The notes under the pieces are model-generated. The model did no database searches. It saw only the letters and a list, made by a program, of their open reading frames with translations, and was not told the origin of the DNA. A DNA stretch of 32,000 nucleotides, from positions 30,001 through 62,000 of the forward strand of contig NZ_CP006867.1 in the NCBI RefSeq assembly GCF_001481685.1. The letters are read 5' to 3'. Below are positions 19,520-27,337 of this stretch, one piece after another (position 1 is the stretch's first letter; each line of letters begins with the position of its first letter). Position numbers and translations under genes: made by a program. Source of the DNA: Ignicoccus islandicus DSM 13165. Lineage in GTDB: Archaea; Thermoproteota; Thermoprotei_A; Sulfolobales; Ignicoccaceae.

Positions 19520-20821
19520 TTGATATGTAGGGAGATATGTTTTTCGGTAGAAGGTGAGGAAGTAGACTTAAGTAGTTTCGTGTCTTTCCTTCAAACAGTA
19601 GGGGAACGAAATAATTGTGAAGTTGAAATAATACTTAACTTAAAAACGTTCAAAATGAAAACTAAAGTCTGTTGTTTTAAAAGTAAAAAGTTGATAAAGA
19701 CTATAGAAATAAGAGCGCGTTCGCACCCAAATTTCAGACCCATTTCTTGTAAATCCAAAACTAGGAGTGAGGAACTCATTCCTCACTTTTTAAAATTACA
19801 TTTGCGAAGAAACCGAAATTTATGTATAGGGATAGATATACAAACGTCATCGCCTTTCTGCTTAAACTCAAGCGACCTCAAACGCCACGTATTGGTTGTC
19901 GGATCCAGTGGCTCAGGTAAGAGTACTACTATTAAGAAAATAGTGAGCGAGCTATCGAACAACTTCTTAATTTTCGATTGGCACGGGGAGTACGATTTGG
20001 TTCATCGCAAGGTTAATTGTATTGATTTAAATGAGTTGTCGAAGTTGAAGGTTCACGAACTAATGGACTTGTTTTCAATAGCTTTAGACCTCAGCGACGC
20101 TCAGTACTACGTGCTCTTCAAAGTCGTTCAAGTCCTATATAAAACTAGAGAGAGGTTCGGGTTAATAGATCTCATAGCTCAAATACATTCATTTGAAGAG
20201 ACCAGTAGGTGGATAAAGGAGACGAAGCATTCCATATTGAGAAAACTCGAGATGTTAAGACACGAGAGGTGTAGGGAAGGTGTAAAACTAGACGAAATAC
20301 TAGACCTAGTTTCTAAAGGTCTAATAGTTAATTTAGAAGAGTACAGTGAATACGCCAAGAGGTTCCTAACTGGTTTGGTTCTCTCTTATGTATTTAGTGA
20401 ATTATCTAAAAGGAAAATTCGAAAGGACGTGTACGTCGTTATAGAGGAAGCGCAAAACGTTGCATCAACGTCAAATTCGTATTCAATTATTGATAAAATT
20501 TTTCAAGAGGGAAGGAAGTACGGATTACACATTATAGCAGTAACTCAATCTCCCCGGAACTTAAACGAGGCTGTAGTAAAGAATACCATGCTCAAGATAA
20601 TTCACAAAATGAACGAAGTTAGTGATGCAAAGTACATCGCTGAGAGTATAGGTAGACCGGAGCTGTGGAAAGACGTTATCTCGCTAAGAACGGGGGAGGC
20701 AATAGTTAGCTCTGGATCTTACGTTGTGAGAGTTTTCGTTACTCTAAGGGACAGAGCCGGAAGAAGTCTTCCCACTCCTCATCTGGATGGGGACTACAAG
20801 GACTTTTCAAACATTTTATAA
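19520..20821 (+). CDS. HerA/FtsK-like P-loop ATPase (DUF87 / COG0433 type) with an unusual AT-rich N-terminal extension; start uncertain
   Basis: LKRHVLVVGSSGSGKSTT (Walker A), FDWHGEY, VYVVIEEAQNV (Walker B) and EGRKYGLHIIAVTQSPRNL. Alternative in-frame starts are ATG 19655 and TTG 19802. Confidence 0.7.
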   Translation: MICREICFSVEGEEVDLSSFVSFLQTVGERNNCEVEIILNLKTFKMKTKVCCFKSKKLIKTIEIRARSHPNFRPISCKSKTRSEELIPHFLKLHLRRNRNLCIGIDIQTSSPFCLNSSDLKRHVLVVGSSGSGKSTTIKKIVSELSNNFLIFDWHGEYDLVHRKVNCIDLNELSKLKVHELMDLFSIALDLSDAQYYVLFKVVQVLYKTRERFGLIDLIAQIHSFEETSRWIKETKHSILRKLEMLRHERCREGVKLDEILDLVSKGLIVNLEEYSEYAKRFLTGLVLSYVFSELSKRKIRKDVYVVIEEAQNVASTSNSYSIIDKIFQEGRKYGLHIIAVTQSPRNLNEAVVKNTMLKIIHKMNEVSDAKYIAESIGRPELWKDVISLRTGEAIVSSGSYVVRVFVTLRDRAGRSLPTPHLDGDYKDFSNIL

Positions 20822-21293
20822 TTGAAATGGCTTCCTTTAACGTACTTTCTAAGCTCCTACTCGTATCTAAGCAACTAACTTTTCCATTGTATTCTTCAAG
20901 CAATATCTGGAAGTATGAACCAACGAGTTCCGCTTCCAAGTTATCACATATTTTCTTTCTGCAATATCCTTTGCTACTCATTCTTTCGTATAGAATTTTT
21001 ACTGGTGCGTAGAGGTATATTACTTTTTTAACCTTTTCCGGAGGGACGAAATCAACTACTACGCCCTCTATTATCCAACAACCATCCAGTTTCCTAACGT
21101 ATTCCTCTAACTTATCCATATCTACTACATAGAGAGGATCGCCACATGAGTCTCTCTCGATTTCTACATAAAACTTCTTATCTTTTATTAAATCCGTTAC
21201 GTGAAGCACTTTGCAATCGATTTCTTTCGCAATTGCCTCTGAGAGAGTGGATTTCCCGCTTCCAGGTATTCCCGTAACGAGTATGAAACTCAA
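20739..21293 (-). CDS. Fap7/AK6-like adenylate kinase (putative ribosome-biogenesis NTPase)
   Basis: MSFILVTGIPGSGKSTLSEAIA P-loop at the extreme N-terminus. The roughly 180-aa size and overall layout fit archaeal Fap7-type kinases. Confidence 0.7.
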   Translation of the reverse strand: MSFILVTGIPGSGKSTLSEAIAKEIDCKVLHVTDLIKDKKFYVEIERDSCGDPLYVVDMDKLEEYVRKLDGCWIIEGVVVDFVPPEKVKKVIYLYAPVKILYERMSSKGYCRKKICDNLEAELVGSYFQILLEEYNGKVSCLDTSRSLESTLKEAISIIKCLKSPCSPHPDEEWEDFFRLCPLE

Positions 21294-21370
21294 CAGACGC
21301 TCACGTTGTAGGATTGAGGACGTTCACTCATAAAGCGTTCGTAAGAGCCTTAGCAATTCGGTAATCTAAT

Positions 21371-22210
21371 GTGTTATTTGGATATTCGATAATTCCAAAG
21401 GATACGAAAGAAGTAGAGAAGATAGCAAAGGAGATCAAGGAAGGGGGCTTCAATTACTTAGAAATTAGCCTAGATTATCCAATACCTACTAAGAACGAAT
21501 TTTTAAATGAAGTAATATCGAATATAAAGAATGAAGGCTTGAAGTTCTCGTTTCACGCCCCATGGAGAGGCATAGACTTAGCATCTCCATGGGAGCCATT
21601 GCGAAAGGGCGCTGTAAAGGTAATTGAGAACATCTTAGATATAGCTAGCAGACTCGAAGGTATGTATGTAGTTATTCATTTGACTACCTCTGAAAGGTTA
21701 AGTGACGCTAAGGACGAAATAGTAAATGCGGCAATTGAGTCTGTGAAGGAACTATTGGATGCGGCTAAGAGACTGGGCATAGATTTCTATATAGAAAACG
21801 TGGGAAAGCTCGGTCATCCCGACATCCTCGGACATATAATGGATGAAACTAATGCTGAGTTCTGTTTAGATATAGTTCATGCAATAGTTGATTTCTCTAA
21901 GCGTCATAAAATAGACCTAGAGAGAGTAGACGTGGATGACGTCCTAGAAACGTGGAAGAACTCCATAGGATCTAACGTTAAGTGTATGCATATTCACGGC
22001 TATACTCTCGACGAAGGAAGATTGAGGATTCACACTGGTCTTACTTATCCCATTACTAAGAGGGTTGCCGCGAAGTACATTACCTTATTTGAACCTCAGT
22101 ACGTAACGCTCGAAGTATTCCATTCACCTAACGGACCAGCCTCTCCGCGATTCGTTGCTAAGGAGCTAGAAGAGATAAAGGGGTGGATGAAGGTATATAA
22201 GCGAACTTAG
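21371..22210 (+). CDS. Xylose-isomerase-like TIM-barrel protein (sugar phosphate isomerase/epimerase or AP-endonuclease-2 superfamily)
   Basis: YLEISLDYP, FHAPW, VVIHL, YIENVG, CLDIVHA, MHIHG and TLEVF form the metal-ligand strand pattern of this superfamily. GTG start. Confidence 0.7.
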   Translation: MLFGYSIIPKDTKEVEKIAKEIKEGGFNYLEISLDYPIPTKNEFLNEVISNIKNEGLKFSFHAPWRGIDLASPWEPLRKGAVKVIENILDIASRLEGMYVVIHLTTSERLSDAKDEIVNAAIESVKELLDAAKRLGIDFYIENVGKLGHPDILGHIMDETNAEFCLDIVHAIVDFSKRHKIDLERVDVDDVLETWKNSIGSNVKCMHIHGYTLDEGRLRIHTGLTYPITKRVAAKYITLFEPQYVTLEVFHSPNGPASPRFVAKELEEIKGWMKVYKRT

Positions 22211-22315
22211 GAATCTCGCTCCGTATCTGAGTTACCGTTTCTTTAAAAATACGAATCGCTAATCGGATTCTTGATCTTTATAATGAGAATGTTGGAAGTG
22301 TGCGTTATGGAATGA

Positions 22316-22388
22316 GGCGACGGGGAAATTATGAGACTCGATTATGCTGAGACGTGATGAAGGAACCGCGGACTGATCCCCCGTCGCT
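22316..22388 (+). ncRNA. C/D box sRNA (2'-O-methylation guide) with extended terminal stem
   Basis: Read directly, in order. 5' stem GCGACGGGG (22317-22325); C box AUUAUGA (22328-22334, one mismatch to RUGAUGA); 12-nt guide GACUCGAUUAUG; D' CUGA (22347-22350); 3-nt spacer. Then C' GUGAUGA (22354-22360); 12-nt guide AGGAACCGCGGA; D CUGA (22373-22376); 3' stem CCCCGUCGC (22379-22387). The 12/12 spacing is canonical for archaea. A TTTATAAT box lies at 22277-22284. Confidence 0.65.
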
Positions 22389-22416
22389 CCGTGATAATTT
22401 CACTTGAGGCCGAAAA

Positions 22417-22959
22417 TTAAAGCTTTATAGGTAGCTTTGGGAGCCTTATGCCCCTCTGTCCTTGGTAGCGACCTCTAACTGAGTAGTCCCTTAACACCGG
22501 TGAATCGGTTCTCAAGAAGACCAAGTGGATGAACGGAACGCCAGGTTTCACTCTAACCGGAAAGGAACTGCCAATTACCTCAATCACTATTTCGCCCTTG
22601 AAGCCAGCGTCCACTACGGTAGGTGGAATGTACAGTCCGAGTCTAGCGAAACTGCTCTTCAAGTTAACTAAACCTACCAAGTCGGGAGGCATTTCCACGT
22701 ACTCCCTCGTGTGTAGCAAGACGTGTTCGTATGGCTCAATGACCATTCCTTCGTCGTCCATAATCCCTATCTGATAGTACTTCAATAAGTCAGTCTCCTC
22801 TGTTACGTCTAGCACGTCTTCCGTTCTCTTGAACCTAGCGTACTGATTGCCTATGGTTAGATCGACCCCGTTCTCCCTTATCTGAGCTTCCGTGAAAGGT
22901 TCGATTCTCATTAAACCTCTCTTTAAATACGATTTGATGCCTCCATCCGAGAGGATCAA
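22417..22959 (-). CDS. dcd: dCTP deaminase (dCTP deaminase/dUTPase family)
   Basis: (M)ILSDGGIKSYLKRGLMRIEPF...NGVDLTIG, GLVNLKSSFARLGL and DAGFKGEIVIE. I start it at the TTG at 22959, which gives the canonical MILSD N-terminus. The ORF track extends to 23001. Confidence 0.9.
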   Translation of the reverse strand: MILSDGGIKSYLKRGLMRIEPFTEAQIRENGVDLTIGNQYARFKRTEDVLDVTEETDLLKYYQIGIMDDEGMVIEPYEHVLLHTREYVEMPPDLVGLVNLKSSFARLGLYIPPTVVDAGFKGEIVIEVIGSSFPVRVKPGVPFIHLVFLRTDSPVLRDYSVRGRYQGQRGIRLPKLPIKL

Positions 22960-23025
22960 TTCCTTATTACACCGATTGAAGATAGAAACGAGTGAGCACA
23001 AAAACAGGATAACGAAGAGTAAACG

Positions 23026-23613
23026 TTACTTATGAGGGAAATAGTAGCTCGTTAGGATTAGTCTCGAAATCGACTTACCAACTATCCTTTGCGTTGCTCC
23101 TGAACTCATGTAGACGTCTAATTCTACGTCGGATTCTTTTACTAATAAGAGCTTTTTATCAAGGACAGTTTTTCCTTTAATTATAATAATCATGTTTCTC
23201 TCTGGGATTTGTTGGGTTTGATTTAGATAGATTACACAAGTATCGTTCTTACATTCCGAGGGGAAGCTCGAGAGCGTTTGGTTTAACTTCTCTTCAGTCA
23301 ACATTGGCAAGCTTACGTTCCTATCGTTCAAGTTTACGGTGATGGTTCTATCTATCTCTTGGGTACTCGTTTTAGCACCAACCAATGTTACGTTCCCGTA
23401 CATCCTTATTTTTAACTCGCTCGATGAGAGTACGTCCACCACTTCAATTGTTATATTAGAGTAGAGTGCTTTCCCTCTTAGAGCTAAGAGTCCGCTATTC
23501 TTTACTTCTTGATAATAAGAAACTTTGAAGCCCTTTACCATCCAAGGCGCGGTAGCCGCTAGAACGGAAGGGATTAATGAGAACGCAATTATTGCTAATA
23601 CCCTTTTCTCCAA
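23026..23613 (-). CDS. Hypothetical secreted or membrane-anchored protein
   Basis: 195-aa ORF with an N-terminal hydrophobic signal/anchor (VLAIIAFSLIPSVLAATAP). It has several N-x-S/T sequons and no family I recognise. Confidence 0.5.
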   Translation of the reverse strand: MEKRVLAIIAFSLIPSVLAATAPWMVKGFKVSYYQEVKNSGLLALRGKALYSNITIEVVDVLSSSELKIRMYGNVTLVGAKTSTQEIDRTITVNLNDRNVSLPMLTEEKLNQTLSSFPSECKNDTCVIYLNQTQQIPERNMIIIIKGKTVLDKKLLLVKESDVELDVYMSSGATQRIVGKSISRLILTSYYFPHK

Positions 23614-23716
23614 AGCCTCATCTCCTAGGCGTTACTACGTGCGGGATTCATATTTCCTTTCCTCACATGCCATTCTAATTAACTGGTAACGCTCTCAGAA
23701 TATCTGGAGGTAAGTT

Positions 23717-24136
23717 ATGATAAGAAGGAGAAGGAAGATCCCACTTACTGTCGATGATATTATGACAACACCTCCATTAGTAGTTTCGCCCGATGAAAAC
23801 GTAGTTAAAGTTGCTAAGAAAATGTTAGAACACGAATACGGTTCGGCTCTAGTAACCGAAGAGGACAAGTTGGTCGGAATAATAACGGAGCACGACCTAC
23901 TCTATGCGTTAAGTGAAGGAGAGAACGGAATTAAGCTGAAGGCACGAGACATTATGACCGAAGATCCTATAACTGTGAAAACGAAGACTGATATAATGGA
24001 AGCAATAAGAGTAATGAAAGACGCTAACGTTAGGCATTTACCAGTCGTTGATGAAAGGGGGAGACCAGTGGGAGTGGTAGCCTTTAGGGACATTCTAGAA
24101 AGCCTATTGCTCCTAATACATTTCTTCTACTGTTAA
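23717..24136 (+). CDS. CBS-pair domain protein (paralog of 10462-10872)
   Basis: VDDIMTTPPLVVSPDE...GSALVTEEDKLVGIITEHDLL and ARDIMTEDPITV...VRHLPVVDERGRPVGVVAFRDIL. Confidence 0.85.
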   Translation: MIRRRRKIPLTVDDIMTTPPLVVSPDENVVKVAKKMLEHEYGSALVTEEDKLVGIITEHDLLYALSEGENGIKLKARDIMTEDPITVKTKTDIMEAIRVMKDANVRHLPVVDERGRPVGVVAFRDILESLLLLIHFFYC

Positions 24137-24279
24137 ACTACAACTTATCAACGAGTTCCTTCGTGGGTTTAATATGGAACAGGTGGTGAAAGTTAAAGCT
24201 CGGTAAACTGAAAGCGTGGATATTACCTTCGGACGTTTTCGTCGTAGTATATGATAAAATAAGAAAAAGAGAAGGAGAA

Positions 24280-24660
24280 ATGCTAGCGGCAGTCGTTCTC
24301 TACGAGACAGGTAAGGAAATGGGTGCGAGAATAGCTAGGAACTCTTACGAGAGAGTTATGGATCCTGAGGAAGCGATTAGAGAGGTACCTAAAATACTTG
24401 CATGGATAGGCATTGATTCCCTTCAAAAGGGCAACGAAATTTACGTTATGGACGCAGTAGGTCTCGCAACTTCGGATGAGGAAGGCGTATGTCACTTCGA
24501 GAGGGGACTGGTTGCCGGAATAATGAGTGGATTAACTAGAGCTCCCTGGGAGGGAATTGGTAGACTGGAAGAGGACGGGTGCGTGATTAAGTTAAGGATA
24601 GGTGGCTTAACCGAGAAGGAGGCAAAGGGACTTGAAGAGAGATTGCGAAATAGGGTTTAG
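24280..24660 (+). CDS. V4R (4-vinyl reductase-like) domain protein, N-terminally truncated as annotated
   Basis: LYETGKEMGARIA...GLVAGIMSGL...C.IKL resembles small archaeal V4R proteins. The reading frame is open from 24190 but has no start codon before 24280 (see finding). Confidence 0.5.
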   Translation: MLAAVVLYETGKEMGARIARNSYERVMDPEEAIREVPKILAWIGIDSLQKGNEIYVMDAVGLATSDEEGVCHFERGLVAGIMSGLTRAPWEGIGRLEEDGCVIKLRIGGLTEKEAKGLEERLRNRV

Positions 24661-25852
24661 AGGGATCGCTTACCTTGAAAACGAATGGAGAAAAGTAACT
24701 ATCTTATCTGATGGCGATAAGTTAGACGTAAGGAGCTATGGCGATTCGTGTCCATGCGAAATATGTATTGAAGGCGATGATTTGTACCTAATTCCCGGCG
24801 CTATCGATATACACGTACACGTGAGGGACTGGCAGCTTTCATATAAGGAAACGATAGAGAGCGCGACCAGAGCTGCCCTTAAAGGAGGGATCATAGCAAT
24901 TGCTGACATGCCCAACACTCAGCCGGAAGTTAACTCCGAAGAGTTAGTGATGAAAAGAATAGAAGACTTCACTAAGCGTTCGTATACAGATTTCGCAATA
25001 TATTCCGGAGTCCCTAGCAACGAAGAGGAAGTGAGGAGAATAGCCAAGTTACCAATCTTAGGATTCAAGGTATATCCAAAGGATTACCCAAGAGCGAAGG
25101 CATTGAAAAATACGAACGCGTTCGTGATCGTTCACCCCGAGGACCCAATATACGTTAAGGAGTCCCCCGTTCCCGGTGATAGAGACTTCACTAGGAATCC
25201 TTATGCGGAGATATCTGCTATTGAGTTATTCAAGGACTTCCCCCGAGTACATTTCACGCACGTAACCCTTCCCGAGTCTGTAGATAAATTGAGAAAGCTA
25301 GGATCCACCTTCGATTCGACGCCTCATCACTTGTTACTAAGTTCTACCGATGAAAGGATCAAAGGTTGTTTGGCTAAGGTCAACCCACCGTTGCGTGATT
25401 ACCGTAAAGTTAGGAAGCTACGAGAAGCCTTCCGTTCCAACCCTTGGATTGTTGCTACCGATCACGCTCCTCACGCACTATGGGAAAAGAAATTAAGTTT
25501 CACTGAGTGTCCTCCAGGTATTGCCAGTTTGGACATATCGCTACCTCTAATAGCTTCCAAGTTTTCCTTGGAACACGCAATAAAGGCCTACTCGGAGCTC
25601 CCAGCTAAGTTATTGGGCTTATGGCCTAAGTTAGGTGTGATAAGGAAGGGCGCGCAAGCGTCCTTCACGATTTTGCGCAAGGAGAGTTCAGTAGTTAATT
25701 GCGAAACGTTCGAAAGCAAGGCCAAATTCGGACCTTACTGCGGTTTCGCTTTGAAGTATACTGTTTACGCCACTGTAATTAGGGGTTCGCTTAGGTATTA
25801 TTATGGAAGTTTTATGAAGAAAGACGTCTCGAACCTTCCGGGATACAGTTGA
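24632..25852 (+). CDS. pyrC: Dihydroorotase (amidohydrolase superfamily)
   Basis: LIPGAIDIHVHVRDW (HxH metal site), IADMPNT, VHPED, HFTHV and ATDHAPH. TTG start overlaps the V4R gene end; the exact start is uncertain. Confidence 0.8.
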   Translation: MKRDCEIGFRGIAYLENEWRKVTILSDGDKLDVRSYGDSCPCEICIEGDDLYLIPGAIDIHVHVRDWQLSYKETIESATRAALKGGIIAIADMPNTQPEVNSEELVMKRIEDFTKRSYTDFAIYSGVPSNEEEVRRIAKLPILGFKVYPKDYPRAKALKNTNAFVIVHPEDPIYVKESPVPGDRDFTRNPYAEISAIELFKDFPRVHFTHVTLPESVDKLRKLGSTFDSTPHHLLLSSTDERIKGCLAKVNPPLRDYRKVRKLREAFRSNPWIVATDHAPHALWEKKLSFTECPPGIASLDISLPLIASKFSLEHAIKAYSELPAKLLGLWPKLGVIRKGAQASFTILRKESSVVNCETFESKAKFGPYCGFALKYTVYATVIRGSLRYYYGSFMKKDVSNLPGYS

Positions 25853-26616
25853 AGGTATTCTATATCCCTTCAATGATATTGATAGCGTACGTAGTAGTAC
25901 CTTTAATAACTTTATTTGCTAACGTAAACCCAAGTAGCTTCGAAGAGGTCTTTAGTAATGAGTACCTAAGCAAGACTCTAAACGAGTCTATACGTACTAC
26001 CCTAGTGGCTTCGGGAATCTCGGTCGTAATTCTCATATTGCTTGGAACACCCTTAGCGTACTTCTTGGCCCGCTCGCGCAGTAAGTTAAAAAACGTACTT
26101 CAATCTATTATTGATCTACCAATGGCGCTACCTCACAGCGTTATAGGAATTATGCTGCTACTGGCGTTCCAAGGAACTCCCCTCGGTTATTTACTTAGGG
26201 AAATTGGTATAACTATTATAGATAATATATACGGTACCATAGCAGTAATGGTGTTCGTGGGTTTACCTTTTTACGTCAATGGGCTCAGGAACGGTATAGA
26301 AGACATACCGGAGTCCTTGGAAATAGTAGCCAGGTCCTTAGGCGCTAATCCTTACCAAACGTTCATTAAAATAACGTTACCTCTTTCAAAAAGGAGCATA
26401 ATGGTTGCCTCCTTACTGGCATGGGCTCGTGGAATTAGCGAGATAGGCGCCCTCTTAATTCTAGCTTATAATCCAATGACCCTAAGCGTGCTTGTTTACG
26501 AATGGTACAAAACCTTGGGATTGGAGTACGCGCTGACAGCTTCAACAATATTGGCTATAATTACAATAATACTCTTCCTCGTCGTTCAACAACTCCGGAG
26601 CAAGGGAAATGATTGA
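25849..26616 (+). CDS. ABC transporter permease, CysTW/ModB/WtpB (oxyanion: molybdate/tungstate/sulfate) type
   Basis: About 6 hydrophobic segments and an EAA-like loop (IPESLEIVARSLGANPYQTFIKITLPL). The start is TTG 25849 or ATG 25873. Confidence 0.8.
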   Translation: MKVFYIPSMILIAYVVVPLITLFANVNPSSFEEVFSNEYLSKTLNESIRTTLVASGISVVILILLGTPLAYFLARSRSKLKNVLQSIIDLPMALPHSVIGIMLLLAFQGTPLGYLLREIGITIIDNIYGTIAVMVFVGLPFYVNGLRNGIEDIPESLEIVARSLGANPYQTFIKITLPLSKRSIMVASLLAWARGISEIGALLILAYNPMTLSVLVYEWYKTLGLEYALTASTILAIITIILFLVVQQLRSKGND

Positions 26617-27337
26617 GATAAAGGGGCTAGTTGTCGAAGTTGAGGGTTTTCGCGTCGAGGTTGATCAAGTTAATCTAAGTGATAAGGACTACGTAGTAAT
26701 TATGGGAGCGTCCGGGAGCGGTAAGAGTCTATTAATAGAAGCTATAGCAGGCTTCAGGAAGGTTGCAAAGGGTTCCATAAAGATAAATGGAATAGACGTA
26801 ACGTCGTTGCCTCCCGAGAAAAGGGGTATTTCCGTACTCCCCCAAGACCTAGCGCTATGGCCTCATATGACAGTATATGAGAATATAGCCTTTCCCTTGA
26901 GGGTAAGGGGAATTCCTGAGGTCGAAGTGAAAGAGAAGGTGTCTGAGTTAGCAAAGGAGCTATCCATATCACACTTACTCACTAAGAAGCCACATCAGCT
27001 ATCTGGCGGCGAGGCTCAAAGGGTCGCGTTAGCTAGAGCTCTAATAATTAAACCCAAGCTTTTGTTGTTAGACGAGCCCACGTCCTCGTTGGACCCGCGT
27101 ACGCGTGGAAGAGCGATAGAGTTAATTAAAAGGGAAGTGAAAGGAAAACTTCCAGTTATACATATATCACACAATCTAATTGAAGCAATGGAACTTGCAG
27201 ATAAAGTAGCTCTAATGGTTGAAGGAAAACTCTTAGAGCCTTTACCTCTAGAGAAGGCCTTGAGGGAATATCTAGAGGCGCATTTCGAGGAAATAAGGAA
27301 ATTAAATGAGGTAATATCGAAATTAGAGCATTCTTAA
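26609..27337 (+). CDS. ABC transporter ATP-binding protein (partner of 25849-26616)
   Basis: GASGSGKS (Walker A), LSGGEAQRVALARAL (signature), LLLLDEPTSSLD (Walker B) and an H-loop ISHN. It overlaps the permease stop by 8 nt and has no C-terminal TOBE-like extension. Confidence 0.9.
   Translation: MIEIKGLVVEVEGFRVEVDQVNLSDKDYVVIMGASGSGKSLLIEAIAGFRKVAKGSIKINGIDVTSLPPEKRGISVLPQDLALWPHMTVYENIAFPLRVRGIPEVEVKEKVSELAKELSISHLLTKKPHQLSGGEAQRVALARALIIKPKLLLLDEPTSSLDPRTRGRAIELIKREVKGKLPVIHISHNLIEAMELADKVALMVEGKLLEPLPLEKALREYLEAHFEEIRKLNEVISKLEHS

Noticed and set aside
19766-19787. Perfect 9-bp hairpin AGTGAGGAA-ctca-TTCCTCACT followed by TTTTT, which looks like an intrinsic or bidirectional terminator inside the HerA-like ORF.
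   Set aside because: My rough estimate is that about one 9-bp perfect hairpin with a short loop is expected by chance in 32 kb at this composition. Archaeal termination does not require hairpins. I keep it only as a caveat on the ATPase start site.
19904-19911. TCCAGTGG, reminiscent of the core of crenarchaeal origin recognition boxes.
   Set aside because: It is a single partial match inside the Walker A coding segment (GSSGSGKS). There is no repeated ORB, AT-rich unwinding element or adjacent orc1/cdc6 gene.
22317-22387. The 9-bp stem GCGACGGGG/CCCCGTCGC encloses about 71 nt, which is tRNA-like in size and looks like an acceptor stem.
   Set aside because: No D-arm, anticodon arm or GTTCRAAT T-loop can be drawn. 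The interior instead has perfectly spaced C/D'/C'/D boxes, so I call it a C/D sRNA.
22960-23001. Upstream ATG extensions of dcd (to 23001), uL30 (to 27832) and cutA (to 3161) as listed in the ORF track.
   Set aside because: The extensions are not family-like and overlap neighbouring genes. Internal starts give the canonical N-termini (MILSD, MSAYVI, MIIIST).
10400-27322. The idea that the whole block between uS8 and uL30 is an integrated genomic island or mobile element.
   Set aside because: I saw no integrase, transposase, tRNA target or flanking direct repeats. Most of the cargo is core housekeeping (dcd, pyrC, YchF, Fap7). A chromosomal rearrangement is the simpler explanation.
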